Of a stretch of 64,000 nucleotides of DNA, positions 1 to 8,823 are shown one piece after another. Numbering within the stretch: the first letter of the stretch is position 1; every line of letters begins with the position of its first letter. The translations under genes were made by a program, and so were the position numbers. The notes under the pieces were generated by a model. The model ran no database searches, was not told the origin of the DNA, and worked only from the letters and a program-made list of their open reading frames with translations. The stretch spans positions 16 to 64,015 of the forward strand of contig CAYUPN010000013.1 in assembly GCA_964446605.1 (NCBI GenBank), read 5' to 3'. This DNA comes from an uncultured Bifidobacteriaceae bacterium (GTDB lineage: Bacteria > Acidobacteriota > Vicinamibacteria > Vicinamibacterales > JAENWD01).

Positions 1-69
1 GCGCTGGTGGATTCGAACCACCGACCCCCGCCGTGTGAAGGCGATGCTCTACCACTGAGCCAAGCGCGC
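1..69 (-). tRNA. tRNA-Val (anticodon CAC), 3' end cut by window edge
   Basis: The reverse complement folds as a cloverleaf. Acceptor GCGCGCT; D arm GCTC-AGTGGTA-GAGC; anticodon arm TCGCC-TTCACAC-GGCGG; variable GGGTC; T arm GGTGG-TTCGAAT-CCACC; then AGCGC. The last acceptor bases and CCA are off-window. Confidence 0.9.
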
Positions 70-89
70 TCCTTTGGATGAGACCTTCG

Positions 90-119
90 ATCTTAGCCCA
101 GCGGAGAAGACGCGCGCAA
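90..119 (-). promoter_or_regulatory. candidate sigma70-type promoter for tRNA-Val
   Basis: Minus strand reads TTGCGC (119..114), 18 nt, then TAAGAT (95..90). The -10 ends 20 nt upstream of the tRNA 5' end at 69. Confidence 0.3.
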
Positions 120-150
120 GCCGGGCACGCCGCCTCGTGGGGTGGGTGGC

Positions 151-999
151 CTACTTGCGTCCTTCCGGGACGCGCCGCTCCTCCGGGCCGTCGTAGACCG
201 CGTCCTTCGGGTCGATCTGCCGCATCGGCCGCTCGCGCAGTCGCTCCTCGTGCGCGTGGGCGATGAGTCCGGGGACGCGCGAGATGATGAACAACGCGTT
301 GCCGAACTCCGAGTCGAGTCCCAGGTCGGCGCAGATCGCCGCGATGGCCCCGTCGACGTTGATCGGAATGGGGTCCCGCTCCGACTTCTTCGCCGCGCCG
401 AGCACGCGCTCCATCACCCGGAGGAAACGGACGTGCTCTCCCTCGAGATCGAGCTCGTACGCCATCGCCAGCAGCTTGTCCGCGCGAGGGTCGCGCGTGT
501 GCAGCCGGTGGCCGAACCCCGGCACGCGGCGTCCGTCGGCGAGCAGCCCGTGCACGATCGCTTCGGCGGCGTCGCGGTACGAACGTCCCTCGCGGACGAG
601 CGCGAGACCGCGCTCCAGCGTCAGCATGCCCGCCTCGACGTCGCCGCCGTGGTACGACCCGAAGGCGAGCACGCCGGCGGCGACCGCGGCACGCAGCGGC
701 GCGCCCGTGGTCGCGACGTTGCGCGCGACGAGCGTCGAGGGGGGCATCGCGCCGTGATCGACGGAGGACACGAGGATGGCGGCGACCATCCGGCTGATGG
801 CCGGCGTCGGCAGCTCTCCCTGGAACAGCAGGTAAATCGCGTCGCCGAAGCTGACGCGCCCCATCAGCTCGTCAAGCGCGTAGCCGCGCACGAGAATGCG
901 GTTGGGCTCGATGCAGGTGACCGCCGTGTGCCAGGCTTCGTCGGAGGCGGTCGCGGCCGGGTTGGCGATGCGTCGTGGACTCATGTCAGCTCGTCCCAT
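151..999 (-). CDS. citrate synthase-fold protein, short citryl-CoA lyase-like subgroup
   Basis: 282-aa ORF. GHRLHTRDPRA and SRVPGLIAHAHEE match the catalytic His/Arg regions of the citrate synthase family. The length fits the short lyase-like members rather than a full citrate synthase. Confidence 0.7.
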   Translation of the reverse strand: MGRADMSPRRIANPAATASDEAWHTAVTCIEPNRILVRGYALDELMGRVSFGDAIYLLFQGELPTPAISRMVAAILVSSVDHGAMPPSTLVARNVATTGAPLRAAVAAGVLAFGSYHGGDVEAGMLTLERGLALVREGRSYRDAAEAIVHGLLADGRRVPGFGHRLHTRDPRADKLLAMAYELDLEGEHVRFLRVMERVLGAAKKSERDPIPINVDGAIAAICADLGLDSEFGNALFIISRVPGLIAHAHEERLRERPMRQIDPKDAVYDGPEERRVPEGRK

Positions 1000-1609
1000 A
1001 GAGCCGGTCGCCGAAGTCCCCGAGGCCGGGCAGGATGAACTTCCGGGCGTTCAGCTCGCGATCGATGACGGGCGTGTAGATGTGGACTGCGGGATACCGC
1101 CCCTGCACGGCGGCAATCCCTTCGGGCGCGGCGACGATGCACGCGAGGTGGACGTCGCGCGCACCGGCCGCGGCCAGCCGATCCAGCGCCGCGACCGCAC
1201 TGCCGCCGGTCGCCAGCATCGGATCGACCATGAGCACGTAGCTGCGCTCCAGCTCCGACGGCAGGTTCTCATAGTACTGCGACGCGATCGCGGTCGTCTC
1301 GTCCCGCTTGAGGCCGAGATGGCCGACCCGGGCATGCGGCACGAGCTCGAGCGCGGCCTCCAGCATGCCGAGCCCGGCACGCAGCACCGGCACTACGACG
1401 ACGTCGCCGCAGAGGCGGCGGCTCTCGGCAGGCTCGAGCGGCGTCTCGACGGAGACGGATCGGGTGGGGAGCGCACGCAGTGCCTCGGCCGTCATGAGCA
1501 GGCTGATCCGGCGCGCGGCCCGGCGGAACGCGTCGATGGGCGTGGAGACGTCGCGCAGGGTGGCCAGCGCATCGTGCACCAGGGGATGGTCGACGACGTG
1601 GACGGGCAC
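986..1609 (-). CDS. upp: uracil phosphoribosyltransferase
   Basis: 207 aa with GTG start. N-terminus VHVVDHPLV and PRPP loop VLMVDPMLATGGS are typical of Upp. Confidence 0.92.
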   Translation of the reverse strand: MPVHVVDHPLVHDALATLRDVSTPIDAFRRAARRISLLMTAEALRALPTRSVSVETPLEPAESRRLCGDVVVVPVLRAGLGMLEAALELVPHARVGHLGLKRDETTAIASQYYENLPSELERSYVLMVDPMLATGGSAVAALDRLAAAGARDVHLACIVAAPEGIAAVQGRYPAVHIYTPVIDRELNARKFILPGLGDFGDRLYGTS

Positions 1610-1617
1610 GGGGGAAA

Positions 1618-1623
1618 ACTATA
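1618..1623 (-). promoter_or_regulatory. candidate -10 element (TATAGT) for upp, near-leaderless geometry
   Basis: Minus strand TATAGT at 1623..1618, followed by 8 nt and then GTG at 1609. It lies in an AT-rich patch within GC-rich DNA. Confidence 0.4.
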
Positions 1624-1657
1624 CCCGATGCCTCCCGCCGGCCCGGCCCGGCCGGTG

Positions 1658-1663
1658 TAGGAT
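1658..1663 (+). promoter_or_regulatory. candidate -10 element (TAGGAT) for the mtaD-like gene, leaderless geometry
   Basis: TAGGAT at 1658-1663, then 6 nt, then ATG at 1670. The A of the ATG is the 7th nt after the hexamer. Confidence 0.4.
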
Positions 1664-1669
1664 GCGCGG

Positions 1670-3064
1670 ATGCTCCGGCAGCTCATCGGTCTGGTCATCC
1701 TCCTCCTGCCCGCCGCCCTTCCCGCAGCCCGGCAGCCGCTCTCCGTCGACCTCATCCTCACCGGCGGCATCGTCGTGACCCTGGACGGGGAACGCCGCGT
1801 GCTCGACCCGGGCGCGGTGGCCATCCGCGGCACCGGCATCGCGGCGGTCGGTACCGTCGAGTCCGTGGCCGAGACCTACCGGGCCGATTCCGTCATCGAC
1901 ACGTCCGGGCAGGTCGTGCTGCCGGGCCTGATCAACACGCACGGGCACGCGCCGATGGTGCTTTATCGCGGGCTGGCGGACGACCTCGCCCTGATGGAGT
2001 GGCTGGAGCACTACATCTTCCCGGCCGAGGCGAAGACCGTCTCACCGGCCATGGTCCGGACCGGCACCCGGCTCGCCGCGCTGGAGATGATCCGCACCGG
2101 GACGACGACCTTCGTCGACATGTACTACTTCGAGGAGGAGGTCGCCCGCGCCGTGCGCGAGGCGGGCCTGCGCGGAGTGCTCGGCCAGACGGTGATCCGG
2201 TTCCCGGCACCCGACGCGCCGACGCCGGCCGCCGCGCTCGAACGGGCGAAGCGCTTCCTCGAAGCGTTCGCGGACGATCCGCTCATCACGCCCGCGGTGG
2301 CGCCGCATGCCGCGTACACGCTCGACCGCGAGTCACTCGTCGCCAGCCGTGATCTCGCGGCCGCCCACGACGCGCCGCTGCTCATCCATCTCGCCGAGAC
2401 CGAAGACGAAGTGCGGCTGATGCGGGAGCAGACCGGGCAGCGTCCGGCGGAGTACCTCGAGTCGATCGGGCTGCTCGGTCCGCGCACCCTCGCCGCGCAC
2501 GCGGTCTGGCTCGATGCCGGCGAGATCGCGCTGCTGAAGCGGCGCGGGGTCGGGGTGTCGCACAACCCCGAGAGCAACATGAAGCTGGCAAGCGGCGTGG
2601 CGCCGGTCCCGGCCATGCTCGAGGCCGGGCTCGCCGTCGGCCTCGGCACGGACGGCGCCGCGAGCAACAACGACCTCGACATGTTCGAGGCGATGCGGCA
2701 GGCCGCGCTGCTGCACAAGGTGCACGCGCGCGACCCGCGGGTCGTCCCGGCGGGCACGGCGCTGGCGATGGCGACCATCGATGGCGCCCGCGCGCTCGGC
2801 CTGGCCGATCGCATCGGGTCGATCGAGCCGGGGAAGCTGGCGGACCTGATCGTCGTCGACATGACCCGCCCCGGACAGACGCCGCTCTACGATCCGGTCT
2901 CCCACCTCGTGTACGCGACCCGCGGCTCCGACGTCCGCACGACGATCGTCAACGGCCGGGTGCTGATGCGCGATCGGCAGGTGCAGACGCTGGACGAGGC
3001 GCAGGTGCTGCGCGAGGCGCGCGCGATGGCGGCGCAGGTGCGCGCGGCGGTTGCCGCCCGCTGA
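1670..3064 (+). CDS. mtaD: amidohydrolase, 5-methylthioadenosine/S-adenosylhomocysteine deaminase-like
   Basis: 464 aa. Metal and ligand motifs are INTHGHAPM, HLAETEDE, SHNPESNMKLASG and GTDGAASNNDLDM. Confidence 0.8.
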   Translation: MLRQLIGLVILLLPAALPAARQPLSVDLILTGGIVVTLDGERRVLDPGAVAIRGTGIAAVGTVESVAETYRADSVIDTSGQVVLPGLINTHGHAPMVLYRGLADDLALMEWLEHYIFPAEAKTVSPAMVRTGTRLAALEMIRTGTTTFVDMYYFEEEVARAVREAGLRGVLGQTVIRFPAPDAPTPAAALERAKRFLEAFADDPLITPAVAPHAAYTLDRESLVASRDLAAAHDAPLLIHLAETEDEVRLMREQTGQRPAEYLESIGLLGPRTLAAHAVWLDAGEIALLKRRGVGVSHNPESNMKLASGVAPVPAMLEAGLAVGLGTDGAASNNDLDMFEAMRQAALLHKVHARDPRVVPAGTALAMATIDGARALGLADRIGSIEPGKLADLIVVDMTRPGQTPLYDPVSHLVYATRGSDVRTTIVNGRVLMRDRQVQTLDEAQVLREARAMAAQVRAAVAAR

Positions 3065-3072
3065 ACGGCGGT

Positions 3073-3585
3073 CTAGTCGAGCGTGCCGATGTAGGGCAGG
3101 TGCCGGTAGCGGCCCGCGTAGTCGAGGCCGTAGCCCACCACGAACCGGTCCTCGATCTCGAAGCCGATGTAGTCGACGGGCACGTCGACCCGCCGCCGCG
3201 AGGGCTTGCTGAGCAGGCAGGCCGTGCGCAGCGAGCGCGGCCGGCGCGCGCGCAGGATCTTCTGCAGGTACTGCAGCGTCAATCCGGTATCGACGATGTC
3301 CTCGACGATGAGCACGTCGCGGCCGTCGAGAGCCATGTCGAGATCCTTCAGCACCCGGACCTCGCCGGTTGTCGTCGTGCCCTTCGCGTAGCTGGAGACC
3401 GCCATGAAGTCGAGCGTGGTGTCGACGTCGAGCGCGCGCACGAGGTCGGCGAGGAAGATGAAGGCGCCCTTCAGCACGCAGATGAGATGGACGCCCTCAT
3501 GGAAGTCGCGGGAGATCTCCGCGGCCAGTCCGGCCACGCGCGCCTGTATGGCGTCCGGTGACAGTAAGATAGGCGGGGTGCTCAC
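3073..3585 (-). CDS. hpt: hypoxanthine(-guanine) phosphoribosyltransferase
   Basis: PRPP motif [14 protein letters not shown] and the conserved C-terminus [19 protein letters not shown] are present. In-frame GTG at 3585 gives about 170 aa, the typical size. The raw ORF extends to 3687. Confidence 0.85.
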   Translation of the reverse strand: MSTPPILLSPDAIQARVAGLAAEISRDFHEGVHLICVLKGAFIFLADLVRALDVDTTLDFMAVSSYAKGTTTTGEVRVLKDLDMALDGRDVLIVEDIVDTGLTLQYLQKILRARRPRSLRTACLLSKPSRRRVDVPVDYIGFEIEDRFVVGYGLDYAGRYRHLPYIGTLD

Positions 3586-3619
3586 GTCCGGCACGGCCGG
3601 CCAGAGTACCACATCCGTG

Positions 3620-4495
3620 ATGGACGCCGCCGCCGTACGCCGACTCGTCGAAATCGTGCTGGAGGAGGCCGCCCGGACTCCGGGCACGGCTTCGGAGCCG
3701 TGCCGCTGTCATGGCGTCCTCGCGGACTGCTGTCCCGACCGGATCCGGCCGGTGCTGGACGCCGGCGCGAGCCGTCTGGGACTGCACGCGACCGGCGGAG
3801 CCGCCGGGACCGTCGCCTCGCTGATCGATCACACGCTCCTGCGGCCCGACGCCACGCGCGCCGACATCGAAACCCTCTGCCGCGAAGCCGTCACGCACGG
3901 CTTCGCCACGGTGTGCGTGAATCCCGTCTGGGTACCGCTTGCGCGGCGGCTCCTGGCCGGTGCGGCGCCGAAGGTCTGCGCGGTCGCCGGATTTCCGCTT
4001 GGCGCCAGCACGACCGACGTGAAGCAGTACGAGACGCGGCGGGCGATCTTCGACGGCGCGCACGAAGTGGACATGGTCCTCAACATCGGCGCGCTGAAGT
4101 CGGGGGACGTGCGCGCGGCCGGACGCGACATCGAGGGCGTCGCCTCGGCCTGCCGCGAGGCCGGTGTGGTGTGCAAGGTCATCCTCGAGACGGCGCTGCT
4201 GACCGACGAGGAGAAGGTCGCGGCCTGCGTTCTGGCGCAGGCGGCCGGCGCGGACTTCGTGAAGACGTCCACGGGCTTCGGTCCAGGTGGTGCGACGGTC
4301 GAGGACGTCGCCCTGATGCGGCGCGTCGTCGGCAGCGGCATGGGCATCAAGGCCGCCGGCGGGATCCGCGACTTCGGAACCTTCCAGGCGATGGTCGGCG
4401 CCGGGGCCACCCGCATCGGCGCCAGTGCGGGTGTCCGGATTGTCCGCGAGGCGGCAGGACAGCCGATTCCGGGTTCCGGTTCAGCTGGCTACTGA
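3620..4495 (+). CDS. deoC: deoxyribose-phosphate aldolase with an N-terminal extension of about 70 aa
   Basis: Motifs [20 protein letters not shown], Schiff-base Lys context [10 protein letters not shown], and [19 protein letters not shown] at 3620 is the first ATG inside the larger ORF 3404..4495. A TACCAC hexamer (3607-3612) lies 7 nt upstream. Confidence 0.85.
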   Translation: MDAAAVRRLVEIVLEEAARTPGTASEPCRCHGVLADCCPDRIRPVLDAGASRLGLHATGGAAGTVASLIDHTLLRPDATRADIETLCREAVTHGFATVCVNPVWVPLARRLLAGAAPKVCAVAGFPLGASTTDVKQYETRRAIFDGAHEVDMVLNIGALKSGDVRAAGRDIEGVASACREAGVVCKVILETALLTDEEKVAACVLAQAAGADFVKTSTGFGPGGATVEDVALMRRVVGSGMGIKAAGGIRDFGTFQAMVGAGATRIGASAGVRIVREAAGQPIPGSGSAGY

Positions 4496-4554
4496 TGCAG
4501 CGAGCGCCGCAGACAGGCGCGAGCGGGTGGTTCGGGAACAGCGCGGTGGGGAAG

Positions 4555-4628
4555 TGGAGCGGGCTACGGGAATCGAACCCGTCTGGCTGGCTTGGGAAGC
4601 CAGGGCATTACCACTATGCTAAGCCCGC
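4555..4628 (-). tRNA. tRNA-Gly (anticodon CCC) with encoded CCA
   Basis: Reverse complement reads GCGGGCT-TA-GCAT-AGTGGTA-ATGC-C-CTGGC-TTCCCAA-GCCAG-CCAG-ACGGG-TTCGATT-CCCGT-AGCCCGC-T-CCA. Confidence 0.92.
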
Positions 4629-4644
4629 GTCCGATCGCTCCTGA

Positions 4645-4650
4645 ATTATA
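4645..4650 (-). promoter_or_regulatory. candidate -10 element (TATAAT) for tRNA-Gly
   Basis: A perfect TATAAT on the minus strand (4650..4645). It ends 16 nt upstream of the tRNA 5' end at 4628. Confidence 0.45.
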
Positions 4651-4725
4651 GCAGCAAGGCCTCGCGCGCCCGTCGAATCCCGCCGCCGGTGTTCGCCTCA
4701 TGACCGACGGGGACCCTGCGGCGAC

Positions 4726-6081
4726 TCACCCCCGGATGAACGCGAGGACCTCGTCCCGCTTCTGCGCCATCAGTTCCGGCGTCTTCGCTTCCAGATTCAG
4801 GCGCAGCAGCGGCTCGGTGTTCGACGGCCGGACGTTGAAGTGCCAGTCGTCGTACTCCACCGAGATGCCGTCCAGGTGCGAGACCTTGCCGTCCGCGAAG
4901 GCGCGGGCGAGGCCATCCAGCTTCTCGTGCACGACGTCCATGCTGGCGACCTTCGTGTTGATCTCGCCGGAAATGAAGTACTTCGCCTTGAGCGGCGCGA
5001 GCAGCTCGGCGAGCGACTGCCCCTTCACGGACATCAGCTCCAGCAGCATGAGCGCCGGGATGAAGCCGTTGTCCGCGTAGAAATTGTCGCGGAAGTAGTA
5101 GTGGCCCGTGACCTCGCCGCCGAACACGCCGTCGTGCTCGCGCATCGTCCGCTTGATGAAGGAGTGTCCGACCCGGTTCATGATCGGCGTGCCGCCCATG
5201 CGCAGGACCGTGTCGCGCACGGCGTAGCTCGCGCGCAGGTCGTACACGATCGCAGCGCCGGGGTTCTTGCGCAGAATCGCCTCGGCGAGCAGCGCCGTGA
5301 TGAAGTCGCCCGGCACGAAATCGCCGGTGCCGTCGATGAAGAAGCAGCGGTCCGCGTCGCCGTCCCAGGCGATGCCGATGTCGGCCTTCTCCTGCACCAC
5401 GCGCTCGACGATGTGCGCGCGGTTCTCCTCGATGAGCGGGTTCGACTCGTGGTTCGGGAAGGTGCCGTCGACCTCCATGCACATCGGGATCACGCGGGTG
5501 GGCAGCTGCTCGAACAGCTTCGGCGCGACGAGCCCGCCCATCCCGTTGCCGGCGTCGAGCACGCACGTGAACGGCTTGATGACGCTCCGGTCGATGAATG
5601 AGAAGACGTGCTCGACGTAGGCGGGCAGGATGTCCCTCTGCGTCCGCGTCCCGGGCCGTGCGGCCGGCGGAGGCAGCGTCCCCTGCTGGATCATGTCGCG
5701 GATCTCGCCGAGGCCGGCGTCGCCGCTGAGCGGCAGCGCTTCGGCCCGCACCATCTTGATGCCGTTGTACTGCGACGGGTTGTGCGAGGCGGTGATCTGC
5801 GCGCCTCCCTCGAGACCGGCGCTCGCGACCGCGTAGTAGAGCATGTCGGTCGCCATCAACCCGTAGTCGACGACGTCGGCGCCCTGTTCGAGCGCGCCCG
5901 CGATGAAGGACTCGGCGAGCGCGGGCGATGACAGCCGCATGTCACGGGAGACCGCGATGCGCCGGGCCCCGAGATAGGCGACGAAGCCCCGCCCGATCTG
6001 GCGGACGATGCCTTCGTCGATCTCGGAAGGGTAGAGTCCGCGGATGTCGTAGGCCTTGAAGATGTTCGGATTCATCGCCAC
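4726..6081 (-). CDS. phosphomannomutase/phosphoglucomutase
   Basis: 451 aa. N-terminus FKAYDIRG, phosphoserine loop TASHNPSQYNGIK, and Mg loop GIAWDGDADR. Confidence 0.88.
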   Translation of the reverse strand: MAMNPNIFKAYDIRGLYPSEIDEGIVRQIGRGFVAYLGARRIAVSRDMRLSSPALAESFIAGALEQGADVVDYGLMATDMLYYAVASAGLEGGAQITASHNPSQYNGIKMVRAEALPLSGDAGLGEIRDMIQQGTLPPPAARPGTRTQRDILPAYVEHVFSFIDRSVIKPFTCVLDAGNGMGGLVAPKLFEQLPTRVIPMCMEVDGTFPNHESNPLIEENRAHIVERVVQEKADIGIAWDGDADRCFFIDGTGDFVPGDFITALLAEAILRKNPGAAIVYDLRASYAVRDTVLRMGGTPIMNRVGHSFIKRTMREHDGVFGGEVTGHYYFRDNFYADNGFIPALMLLELMSVKGQSLAELLAPLKAKYFISGEINTKVASMDVVHEKLDGLARAFADGKVSHLDGISVEYDDWHFNVRPSNTEPLLRLNLEAKTPELMAQKRDEVLAFIRG

Positions 6082-6128
6082 TGAAGCTCAACAAAAGAGG
6101 ATGAGGGGCGTGGGCGGCGGTGCGGCGC

Positions 6129-7187
6129 TCACACCCGGCTGTAATCCGTCAGCGAGGTCTTGTCGCCGAGCACGGCGCCCGGACTCACCACGGCGCCGCG
6201 TCCGACGTGCACGTGGCGCCCCGCGATCGCGTCCTGGAGCGACGATTCCTGTCCCAGCCGGCTGTTCGCCCAGACGATGCTGCCGCGAATGCGCGCGTCG
6301 GCTTCGACGTGGCAGCCGCGTCCGAGCACGGAGTACGAGCCGACGTGCGCTCCCGCTCGCACCACCGTGCCGTCGTCCAGGAAGGCCGGGCCTTCCACGA
6401 CGGCGCCGTCTTCGATCCGGACGTCCTCGCCGCGGTGCACGTGGTTCGGACCGCTCGCCGCGAACGGCGGTGCGGCGAACCGCCCGTCCATGATGTCACG
6501 GTGCACCTGCGTGTACTTCTCCGGCGTGCCGATGTCGATCCAGTACCCGTCGTGGCGATACGCGACGAACGTCTCGCCGCGTTCGATGAACGACGGAAAG
6601 AAGCTGCGTTCGATCGACCACGCGGTGTTGTCCGGGATGCGATCGAACGTCGACGGCTCGAGAATGTAGATGCCCGCGTTGATGTAGTTGGTCGTGATCT
6701 CGTCGGCGTTCGGCTTCTCGAGGAACCGCAGGATGTTGTCCTGCGCGTCGGTCTCGACCAGCCCGTAGGCGGTCGGGTTGTCGACGGGCGTCAGGACGAT
6801 CGTCGCCCGCGCCTGCCGCTCGCGGTGCCGCGCCAGCACGGCGGCCAGATCGACCTGGGTGAGGACGTCGCCGTTGAAGACGATCACCGTGTCGTCGACC
6901 CCCTGCGCCGCGAACTTCACCGCCCCGCCGGTTCCCAGCGGCGCCGGCTCGACGACGTACCGGATGCGGATGCCGAGCGTGGAGCCGTCGCCGAAGACGT
7001 CCTCGATCCGGCGCGGCTGGTAGTTGAGGCTCAGGATGATCTCGTCGACCTCCGGAATCTGCCGCAGCAGGTCGATCTGGTAGTGGAGGAACGGCCGATT
7101 GAAGATCGGAACGATGGGCTTCGGGGTATGAAGCGTCAGCGGACGCAGGCGCGTCCCCTTCCCGCCAGCAAGGAGGATGGCTCTCAT
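6129..7187 (-). CDS. sugar-1-phosphate nucleotidyltransferase (mannose-1-phosphate guanylyltransferase-like) with C-terminal hexapeptide-repeat domain
   Basis: 352 aa. Carries the N-terminal LLAGGKGTRLRPLT motif. The C-terminal third is rich in hexapeptide-like repeats. It is adjacent to the phosphomannomutase gene. Confidence 0.8.
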   Translation of the reverse strand: MRAILLAGGKGTRLRPLTLHTPKPIVPIFNRPFLHYQIDLLRQIPEVDEIILSLNYQPRRIEDVFGDGSTLGIRIRYVVEPAPLGTGGAVKFAAQGVDDTVIVFNGDVLTQVDLAAVLARHRERQARATIVLTPVDNPTAYGLVETDAQDNILRFLEKPNADEITTNYINAGIYILEPSTFDRIPDNTAWSIERSFFPSFIERGETFVAYRHDGYWIDIGTPEKYTQVHRDIMDGRFAAPPFAASGPNHVHRGEDVRIEDGAVVEGPAFLDDGTVVRAGAHVGSYSVLGRGCHVEADARIRGSIVWANSRLGQESSLQDAIAGRHVHVGRGAVVSPGAVLGDKTSLTDYSRV

Positions 7188-7292
7188 CTCAGCCAGCGAT
7201 CATAGCTCATGGGCCCACGGACCCGGATGGAGAGGCGAGGGCGCGGCCGACCATCGCCGGATGCCACGGGCGCGCGGCGGGGCGGCCCGCGT

Positions 7293-7298
7293 TACAAT
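7293..7298 (+). promoter_or_regulatory. candidate -10 element (TACAAT) for pgsA, leaderless geometry
   Basis: TACAAT at 7293-7298. It is followed by GTG at 7304 (5 nt) and a second GTG at 7307 (8 nt). Confidence 0.4.
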
Positions 7299-7303
7299 CC
7301 GCG

Positions 7304-7912
7304 GTGGTGCTGAACCTCCCCAACACGCTGACGCTGGCGCGGATTTTCCTCGTCCCGCTGCTCGTGGTGGTGCTGCTCACGAAGTTCGAGGGGCAGCTCA
7401 TCCTCGGCGTGCCGCGATCCGTCGTGGCGGCGGCCATCTTCGGCCTGGCCTCGCTCACCGACTGGCTGGACGGCTACCTCGCGAGGCGCCGCGGGCAGGT
7501 CACCGCGCTCGGGCGGATGATGGACCCGCTCGCCGACAAGCTGCTCACGTCGGGCGCGTTCATCTCCCTGGTGCAGCTCGACGTCGCGCCGGCGTGGATG
7601 GTCGCTGTCATCATCGGCCGCGAACTCGCCATCACGGGGCTCCGCAGCCTGGCGGCCTCGCGCGGGGTCGCCTTCGGCGCCTCGCGGCTCGGCAAGATCA
7701 AGATGGCGTCCCAGGTGACGACGATCCTGCTGCTGATTCTCGGACAGGACGGGCAGCAGCCGTTCCTGCTGCTGGGCCAGATCGGGCTCTGGGTCGTGGT
7801 GGGAACCGCGCTGGTCTCGGCGATGGACTACTACTGGCGGTTCCAGCAGACGCCGGCCGCGCCCAACGTCGCGGACTTCGAAGAGGCGCGCCGGGCGCGC
7901 CGGACGGGGTAG
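7304..7912 (+). CDS. pgsA: CDP-diacylglycerol--glycerol-3-phosphate 3-phosphatidyltransferase
   Basis: 202 aa membrane protein. CDP-alcohol phosphatidyltransferase motif DWLDGYLARRRGQVTALGRMMDPLADK. Confidence 0.88.
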   Translation: MVLNLPNTLTLARIFLVPLLVVVLLTKFEGQLILGVPRSVVAAAIFGLASLTDWLDGYLARRRGQVTALGRMMDPLADKLLTSGAFISLVQLDVAPAWMVAVIIGRELAITGLRSLAASRGVAFGASRLGKIKMASQVTTILLLILGQDGQQPFLLLGQIGLWVVVGTALVSAMDYYWRFQQTPAAPNVADFEEARRARRTG

Positions 7913-7920
7913 GGCGGCGA

Positions 7921-8823
7921 TCAGTCAGGCCGGGACGTGGAGGTCCCGGTGCCCTGGCTCGACGCGTTCCCGGCGGTCGCGGCGCCGTCGGTGGCCTGGC
8001 CATCCGCGGTCGGCGGCTGCGCGCCCGATTTCTCCAGCGCCGCGCGCAGCTGGGCGACTCGCTCCCGCGAGTCCTTGAGATAGTCGCTCTGCTCGAATTC
8101 GGCCAGCAGCTTCTCGTAGAGCGGCAAGGCCTCGGCATCCAGCTTCAGCTTGAGCAGCGCTTCCGCGAGGTGGAAGTACACCGCGTCGCGATATGTGAAG
8201 CCGGGGTCGGACTTCAGGATCGAGCGGAACCGGTCGATCGCGCCGGGATTCCAGCCCTGCCGGAAGTAGAAGTAACCGACCTGGTACTCCGACGTGCTGA
8301 GGCGATCCCGCGCCTCGCGCAGCTTCGCGGCAACCTCTTCGCGATGCTGGCTGTTCGGATACCGCTCCATGAACGTCTGGAACTCGCGGACGGCGGCGCG
8401 CGTCTCGGTCTGATCGCGCTGGGGGCCCCGCATCTGCTGGAAGTGCACCATCCCCAGCTTGTACTGCGCGTAGTCGGCACGCGGGCTGGTCGGATAGAAC
8501 GTCAGGAACTCGCGGTACTCGTTCGCCGCCAGCAGCAGCGACTCGATCGTGCCTTCGCCGAGGTACGAGTCCGCGACGCCGAGCTTCGCCTCGTCGCGAT
8601 ACTGGCTCTGCGGATAGCCGTCGAGGATGCGGCGATAGTACTCGCGTGCCGTGAACCAGCGCTTCTCCGTGAGCGACTCGGACCCGCGCTCGAACAGGAA
8701 CCGGTCGGGCTCGGCGATGCCGGTGGGCACGCTGTTGTCCCGGCCGGCGCAGGCGGTGACCAGCGACAGGGCCGCGAACGCGAGGAGCAGCGTGACGGAG
8801 CGGGAACTCGAACGTGTGCTCAT
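7921..8823 (-). CDS. bamD: outer membrane protein assembly factor BamD-like TPR lipoprotein
   Basis: Signal peptide with lipobox LVTAC. TPR-like helical repeats with YfiO/BamD-like spacing. Low-complexity Gly/Thr/Ala/Ser-rich C-terminal tail. Confidence 0.72.
   Translation of the reverse strand: MSTRSSSRSVTLLLAFAALSLVTACAGRDNSVPTGIAEPDRFLFERGSESLTEKRWFTAREYYRRILDGYPQSQYRDEAKLGVADSYLGEGTIESLLLAANEYREFLTFYPTSPRADYAQYKLGMVHFQQMRGPQRDQTETRAAVREFQTFMERYPNSQHREEVAAKLREARDRLSTSEYQVGYFYFRQGWNPGAIDRFRSILKSDPGFTYRDAVYFHLAEALLKLKLDAEALPLYEKLLAEFEQSDYLKDSRERVAQLRAALEKSGAQPPTADGQATDGAATAGNASSQGTGTSTSRPD

Noticed and set aside
3586-3687. Longer form of hpt starting at ATG 3687 (204 aa)
   Set aside because: The extra 34 residues ([25 protein letters not shown]...) have no counterpart in Hpt proteins and would overlap the deoC start. 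GTG 3585 gives the canonical length. This remains uncertain.
4496-4725. tRNA-Gly as an integration hotspot or genomic island boundary
   Set aside because: There is no integrase, no direct repeat of the tRNA 3' end and no atypical gene content on either side. The flanking genes are housekeeping.
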